A DNA stretch of 22,334 nucleotides from Candidatus Poribacteria bacterium (GTDB lineage: Bacteria > Poribacteria > WGA-4E > UBA9662): positions 1 to 22,334 of the forward strand of contig JAYZAL010000024.1 in NCBI GenBank assembly GCA_036339735.1. Direction: 5' to 3'. Under the pieces are notes generated by a model. The model searched no databases and was not told the origin of the DNA. It was given only the letters and a program-made list of their open reading frames with translations. How positions within the stretch are numbered: the first letter of the stretch is position 1; the number at the start of each line of letters is the position of its first letter. Below are positions 17,256 to 22,334 of this stretch, one piece after another. The position numbers and the translations under genes are program-made.

Positions 17256-18005
17256 ATGGATCAGTTAGACCAGCTCTGGAATGAATATAAATTTGGTGGA
17301 AATGAAGAAGCACGTGAAAAACTGATTACCGATTTCGTACCAATTGTCAATACAATTGCTCGCCGCTTAGAAATTTATGCATCGTCTTCTTATGGCTTTG
17401 AAGATCTAGTTAGTGTCGGCCTAATGGGTTTATTGGACGCTATTGAAAAGTTTCAACCTGGAAAAGGGGCCATTTTCAAAACTTATGCTTGGCACCGGAT
17501 ACGTGGAGCAATTCTGGATGAGATACGGGCGTTAGATTGGGTGCCGCGATCAATTCGAGACAAGGCAAGTCAATTAGAAAAAGCATATCAAGCTGTCAGG
17601 CAGAGGACTGGACGTGCAGCCGAAGAATTTGAGGTTGCAGAAGAACTTGGTATCTCACAACAGCAATTACAAGAGACACTAGCCGAAGTCGGCTGCACTT
17701 CAATATTAACAATTGAAGATTTAATGACAGACGAAGAAAATGAAGAAATAGTAAACGACTGGTTAGCAGATCCCTACGCTGTCGATGTGCAAGAACAAAT
17801 TGAGTTACAGGAAAACAAAGAGATTTTAGCAGAATCCATTGATCAACTACCGGAAAAAGAAAAATTAGTTGTGAGTTTGTACTATAATGAAGAAGCAACT
17901 ATGCAGGAGATTAGCTTGGTTCTAGGCATTACTGTTGGTCGGGTTTCTCAACTTCATTCTAGTGCTATTGTACGTTTACGGAATGCACTAAAGCCACCAG
18001 ATTAA
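17256..18005 (+). CDS. fliA: RNA polymerase sigma-28 factor FliA/WhiG
   Basis: EDLVSVGLMGLLDAIEKF, RIRGAILDEIRALDWVPRSIR, LPEKEKLVVSLYY, GRVSQLHS. Confidence 0.96.
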   Translation: MDQLDQLWNEYKFGGNEEAREKLITDFVPIVNTIARRLEIYASSSYGFEDLVSVGLMGLLDAIEKFQPGKGAIFKTYAWHRIRGAILDEIRALDWVPRSIRDKASQLEKAYQAVRQRTGRAAEEFEVAEELGISQQQLQETLAEVGCTSILTIEDLMTDEENEEIVNDWLADPYAVDVQEQIELQENKEILAESIDQLPEKEKLVVSLYYNEEATMQEISLVLGITVGRVSQLHSSAIVRLRNALKPPD

Positions 18006-18040
18006 AACAACCCATTACTTATCTTATTGGTCTTGAAAAG

Positions 18041-18883
18041 GTGCGTCGAGAAACGACTCGTATAGAAAGAGATTTTAATCAGCAGGATAGTCCATTTAAA
18101 ATTGAAGGTAATTTATTCATTCAAGGGGACGTTCTCGAAAAAACCGAAATTCAAGTTGGTGGCGATTTGAGAGTATCGGGTATCATTCAGAGAGCCAAAA
18201 TAGAAACTAATCGACATCTTGTCGTAGGCCAAGGAGTTACCGATCGAAGTGAGGTTAAGGTCAACGGGTCAGTCAAGTCTGGTTTTATAGAAAATAGCGT
18301 TGTCCATAGCCGTGGGGATATAATCATCCAAAATAGTGTTATGCGGGCTACGTTACATGCTGGACGAAATATTCTCTTATCAGATGGTGTTATGATTGGT
18401 GGCTCCGCGTCTGCAACTGAAAAAATTGTTATTCAGAAACTTGGCTCGTCAGCAGGGGTTCCGACATATCTATCTGTTGGTATACATCCCAAAATTCGAA
18501 TCAAATACGGTGAAATTCAATCTCGGATTGAAGAAATAGACAAGGAATTACAACTTCTGGCTAAGAACATTAGGTTTCTGGAAGAAACAGACATCAATGA
18601 TTCCACTTCTCAGTCTTATCAAAGTTATCTTCAGCTACCACAGATCAAGTCAAAACAGAAAAAATATCAGCGACAATGGCTGTTAGCTAAAAAAAATCTA
18701 CATCAACTGCTAACTTTAGCTGAATCTCGGTGGCCAGATAATCCACATGTATTGGTCCGCGATACTGTCTTTGAAAAAGTACAAATCAGTATTGGATGGA
18801 ACCAATTTTTGACAACCGAAATTCTTAAAAAAGTAGCTTTTAAATATAAAAATGACGCAGTCTGTATCGTGAATTTGGCTTAA
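18041..18883 (+). CDS. FapA (DUF342) family protein, beta-solenoid plus coiled coil only
   Basis: Repeating I.V.GD/G.V beta-helix pattern, GFIENS, IGGSASA, LGSSAGVPT, coiled coil, VRDTVFEKVQISIG; position directly after fliA. Confidence 0.8.
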   Translation: MRRETTRIERDFNQQDSPFKIEGNLFIQGDVLEKTEIQVGGDLRVSGIIQRAKIETNRHLVVGQGVTDRSEVKVNGSVKSGFIENSVVHSRGDIIIQNSVMRATLHAGRNILLSDGVMIGGSASATEKIVIQKLGSSAGVPTYLSVGIHPKIRIKYGEIQSRIEEIDKELQLLAKNIRFLEETDINDSTSQSYQSYLQLPQIKSKQKKYQRQWLLAKKNLHQLLTLAESRWPDNPHVLVRDTVFEKVQISIGWNQFLTTEILKKVAFKYKNDAVCIVNLA

Positions 18884-18893
18884 ATCAATCGGA

Positions 18894-20066
18894 ATGAGAT
18901 GGAAATATAACCTTCTTTGCAGTAGATATTTTCTTTGGGTCATGTTCGTTGCATTGCTGTTCTGTTCAGTTCGCATACTCGAATGTCAATCAGCGGGTAA
19001 TCAGCTTGAGGATATCGATTTAAATGAAACAGGAGGAAAGTTTGTTGCTATTTTTAGTAATCCTTTCAGTTTCAATGAAGAGCATACACCAAACCGTGGG
19101 TACTTGAAAATCCAAGTCAGTAATACCCGTTGCACAAAGTTCCTCGAAAGAAAAGAAAACCGACACTGGAGTGAGTCTAAATGGGTAATATATCGCGATC
19201 CTGATTCACCAGTAAATCGAGCTTCGATTAGTCAGGAAGGCTCAGATGTAGTTATTAGTCTGCACCATTCGCTCAATTATGAACTGAGGTATTCGTCCAG
19301 TGATCAGCCTCGTAAGTCAACACGTAGTGAAATGCGTCCGGGAAAATCTGTTTTATGGATCAGGTTCGATGAAAAACCGGCCCAACCTCCAGAGCCAGAC
19401 AATAGAAGTATACAACTTCCTGAGCAAGAAACAAGGCAATCCAACAATAGTCAGCAGAAATTAAATAGGGACCTTGGTTCCGATAAAGAGGTTAAATCAC
19501 TAGCTACTACACATGCATTTGCCCAAGTTTTACCACAGATTCCCGAAATTAAGGTTCAAAAGAATACGAAAGATCAAACATTTTGGCTACAAGTTGTCGA
19601 AGTTTGGCGTAAGTATCTACGAATACCTATTGATCTAATTATTTTGCTGGGACTTTTGAGAATCGCTCTAGGATTACGTAGGAATCACCAAATCATAAGG
19701 GAAGTTGTTTTAAGAGAAATACCAAGTGAGTCATCAAACATTTCAACTAAGCAACAGGTTATTGAGGGTAACGATAAGAATTTCGAGAACCTTCTGCAGG
19801 CAAATCTCGAAACTGCTAATTCTGATTCAGTTAATCCAGAAACTAAAACTAGTAACTCATTATCAGAAGAAAATGATTCAAAAATACCGGTGGAAGAAAT
19901 CGACAGCACCCAAATCGAAGAAATCAGCGATCTAGAAATCGAGAAGCTGAAGGAGAAGGCCCAAAGGCTACGACAGGAAGAAGGATTAGGTGAAGCAGAA
20001 ATCGCGCAAAAACTAGGGGTTTCGGGCGAGAAAGTCGCGCTGATTTTCAGCCTAGACGACAACTAG
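18894..20066 (+). CDS. Membrane protein with periplasmic N-domain, TM helix, acidic linker and C-terminal HTH-like (DUF2802/DUF6115/SwrB-like) domain
   Basis: Signal-like N-terminus; TM IPIDLIILLGLLRIALGL; C-terminal GLGEAEIAQKLGVSGEKVALIFSL; last gene of the flagellar run. Confidence 0.65.
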   Translation: MRWKYNLLCSRYFLWVMFVALLFCSVRILECQSAGNQLEDIDLNETGGKFVAIFSNPFSFNEEHTPNRGYLKIQVSNTRCTKFLERKENRHWSESKWVIYRDPDSPVNRASISQEGSDVVISLHHSLNYELRYSSSDQPRKSTRSEMRPGKSVLWIRFDEKPAQPPEPDNRSIQLPEQETRQSNNSQQKLNRDLGSDKEVKSLATTHAFAQVLPQIPEIKVQKNTKDQTFWLQVVEVWRKYLRIPIDLIILLGLLRIALGLRRNHQIIREVVLREIPSESSNISTKQQVIEGNDKNFENLLQANLETANSDSVNPETKTSNSLSEENDSKIPVEEIDSTQIEEISDLEIEKLKEKAQRLRQEEGLGEAEIAQKLGVSGEKVALIFSLDDN

Positions 20067-20257
20067 ACTAATCGGTTAAAGCGGGAAAGCCGCCGAGAAA
20101 TGCTCGATGCTCGAACTCGTGCTCGCCGACGCCGAATGCCGCTGACAAATGCGGAGTTTCGTTGTTTACGTGGAAGGGCTCTTGAACGGAAGTTTCTGCC
20201 TCTCATTATTTGCGAACGGCTCAGTAACCCCCTGCCAGAACGAGCAATAGATCTCAT
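20063..20257 (-). CDS. Arg/Ser-rich, highly basic 64-aa small protein
   Basis: ATG start, AGAAGGA SD 8 nt upstream, sigma70-like promoter; 20 Arg, 1 Lys, 11 Ser and no Asp/Glu; TAG stop overlaps the convergent gene's TAG within CTAG 20063-20066. Confidence 0.65.
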   Translation of the reverse strand: MRSIARSGRGLLSRSQIMRGRNFRSRALPRKQRNSAFVSGIRRRRARVRASSISRRLSRFNRLV

Positions 20258-20290
20258 TACAAAAGTCCTTCTTGTTACGTTCTTTCTGTT

Positions 20291-20319
20291 AGGTTAACAT
20301 AGTCTTTGTTCGAGGTCAA
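20291..20319 (-). promoter_or_regulatory. Putative sigma70 promoter of the Arg-rich ORF
   Basis: Minus strand reads TTGACC-17 nt-TAACCT with TGn before the -10; same TTGACC -35 as the hemW promoter. Confidence 0.55.
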
Positions 20320-20460
20320 GATAACTTCCTAGCTAACAACAGTGGGTAATTTACCAATGCCAAATTAACTTTACTTGATGTGTTTTTGGCGTTCAGATGA
20401 TGATTCGGTCAGCAGGAGTTTCCCACATCAGTGTACTACTTAATCGCATTGTAATCAGTG

Positions 20461-22334
20461 ATGTCTTTATTTAATATAGGGCGATTGTTACTTGTAATAT
20501 TTTTTTCATTTTGCACTTCTGATAGTTTAGGTCGTCAGATTGTGTCTGAGCCGATTCTTGATATTGAAGTTGTTTCTGATAATGAAAATTTGGAGGCTTA
20601 TGCTGTAACGTCTAACCAGATTATTTTATTAAGAGTTGATCAATTTGATAAACCTCAGATTATAAAGAAAATCCCAGTTGCTAGCCCCCAACATGTAACC
20701 ATATCTGGTTCTAAACTTGCTTACAGCAGCAAAGAAAACAAAATTTATATTTTTGATTTAGATATTAATCCTCAATTCCCAAGCCAAAATTTAGTTCGAC
20801 CTAAACGTGAAGTTGCTAATTTGTCTTTCAGTCAAAATCATCTTAATGTTGGCTTGGTAGATGGAACAGTTCTGATTTATGATTCAACACAACGGAAGCC
20901 AATTCACACTATTGGATCTAACAACAGTCATGTTGACCAAATTTGTTTTCACTTCTTCAGTCAGAAATATTTGATCTATCGTGGCGGAGAACTCTCACTG
21001 TGGAATTTTGTTGAACGGAAACAACTATGGTACACCGACCCACTTTTGCAATCAGTTCAGTCGATTCAATTTGATCAAGAAGGTCAGTTAACAGGAGTAC
21101 AGTCGAATAACAAAATCCTGATTTATGATACAAAAGCCTCGAAGAAGAATGCAGCATATCAACAGCCAATTTACACCTGTGAAGTTAGTAATGATTCTTT
21201 TTTAGCTTTCTGCTTTGGCCCATCTAACACCATACTAACCCTAGAAAAGAGTGGTCAAGTTAAGCAATGGGATATTTTGAAGCAAACCAATAGGAATCTC
21301 CAGCGACTAGAATCCCGAACTTATACTTCAATTACATGCTTTTTGACCAATTTAGAAAAATATTGGGTGTCAACCAATCAAGGAGAGATCTTCAGCTATT
21401 CACTTAATTCTAGGTCATCAAAAAACATAGAAAAGAAACCGCTAAAGCCAGTAGCAAAAAGAACAATCAACCCACAATTGAAACCACCAAAAGTATCCCA
21501 AAAAACAACAGGAGATATACCTAGACTGGCAGAAACTTCTAAATTAGTGGTTAATTTATCTCCTGAGCCTCCAGATAAAATTACTGTTGGTCAGTCTTTT
21601 CGCGTTGAATTTAGTACATCCCAAAAAGCAGTTATATGGGCCAGAAAAATTCCAGAGAATGCTATTTTTTCTGATGAGCGTTGGCTTAGTTGGAAACCTA
21701 CACTAAATCAGGTAGGCAAGTTTAATTTTCAGTTTTACGCTATCACGAATGATAACCAATCAAAATCAATCAATTTTGTGGTTAAGGTTGATGCTAACTC
21801 TCCACCCCGTTTCCTTTATATTGACGAGCGATCAGTTGACACAATTCCTTTAGTTTTTGAAACTGAAGCAAGCGAAAATTTAACACTAATTATCGTTGCT
21901 GAAGATTCGGAGTTGGACTCCCTATCACTATCAGTTCTGCCGCCTGTGGTTGGAATAACAATTGAACAAATTGGATCACCGATTGATTTCCAACTACAAG
22001 AAGATCATTGGAGTTGGAAATTGATCTTCAATTCCAATTCTACTGGACCACAGAAGTTTGATCTAAACTTGACTGATGGATTTTCGGTAGTTGTTTTGCC
22101 GATTGAGATTCAAGTAAAACATTCATTTAGCAAGACAGATGTAATAAATCTAATTTCACCACCAACAAAAGATATTCATGATAATAGTATTGGACAAACG
22201 ATAAGAAAGAACCAAAACACCGAAACACCATTAATGACAGTACCAACCGGAATGGTGAAAATTGTTTCCGGTCATCAAACAGATTTTTTCATTGATCAGT
22301 ACGAAGTTACCAATTTGGATTTTGTTGAATTCCT
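20461..22334 (+). CDS. 3'-truncated exported multidomain protein: WD40-like propeller + Ig-like repeats + start of an FGE-fold domain
   Basis: Hand translation gives an open frame from ATG 20461 (MSLFNIGRLLLVIFFSFC...) to the window end. WD-like blades DGTVLIYD, GELSLWNF, SGQVKQWDI; LSWKPTLNQVG and NSPPRF Ig/He_PIG-like motifs; ends GMVKIV...FFIDQYEVTNLDFVEF. Missing from the ORF track because there is no stop codon in the window. Confidence 0.85.
   Translation, partial: MSLFNIGRLLLVIFFSFCTSDSLGRQIVSEPILDIEVVSDNENLEAYAVTSNQIILLRVDQFDKPQIIKKIPVASPQHVTISGSKLAYSSKENKIYIFDLDINPQFPSQNLVRPKREVANLSFSQNHLNVGLVDGTVLIYDSTQRKPIHTIGSNNSHVDQICFHFFSQKYLIYRGGELSLWNFVERKQLWYTDPLLQSVQSIQFDQEGQLTGVQSNNKILIYDTKASKKNAAYQQPIYTCEVSNDSFLAFCFGPSNTILTLEKSGQVKQWDILKQTNRNLQRLESRTYTSITCFLTNLEKYWVSTNQGEIFSYSLNSRSSKNIEKKPLKPVAKRTINPQLKPPKVSQKTTGDIPRLAETSKLVVNLSPEPPDKITVGQSFRVEFSTSQKAVIWARKIPENAIFSDERWLSWKPTLNQVGKFNFQFYAITNDNQSKSINFVVKVDANSPPRFLYIDERSVDTIPLVFETEASENLTLIIVAEDSELDSLSLSVLPPVVGITIEQIGSPIDFQLQEDHWSWKLIFNSNSTGPQKFDLNLTDGFSVVVLPIEIQVKHSFSKTDVINLISPPTKDIHDNSIGQTIRKNQNTETPLMTVPTGMVKIVSGHQTDFFIDQYEVTNLDFVEF

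Noticed and set aside
19685-20062. Amber read-through extending the Arg-rich ORF by 125 aa in the same frame
   Set aside because: The Ser/Phe-rich product is the expected antisense shadow of the Glu/Lys-rich plus-strand gene; the window's other TAG codons act as normal stops.
20100-20297. 65-aa plus-strand ORF opposite the Arg-rich gene
   Set aside because: No good SD or promoter, whereas the minus-strand ORF has both.

Overview
Low-GC (roughly 35-45%) bacterial chromosomal window. From left to right: (1) 3' end of an AT-rich, probably foreign gene resembling an uncharacterised glycoside-hydrolase-like family; (2) minus-strand housekeeping run gmk-coaBC-rsmA-TPR/amidase; (3) divergent hemW plus M48 peptidase; (4) DUF6807/PmoA-like protein, non-catalytic FGE-fold protein and YfcE-type phosphoesterase; (5) flagellar export and regulation cluster flhB-flhA-flhF-flhG-small membrane protein-fliA-FapA(DUF342)-SwrB/DUF2802-like protein; (6) a convergent 64-aa Arg/Ser-rich, acid-free small gene with its own sigma70-like promoter and Shine-Dalgarno; (7) a long ORF missing from the supplied track (20461 to window end) with WD40-like propeller, Ig-like and FGE-fold domains. 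The gene mix resembles free-living marine Poribacteria or a PVC-like lineage, which is inference only. Best leads: the protamine-like small protein, substitutions at normally conserved positions across FlhA/FlhB/FlhF, a SwrB-like protein with an extra periplasmic domain, and apparent leaderless transcripts. No rRNA, tRNA, CRISPR array or transposase was seen. Family calls come from motif recognition by eye, not database searches.
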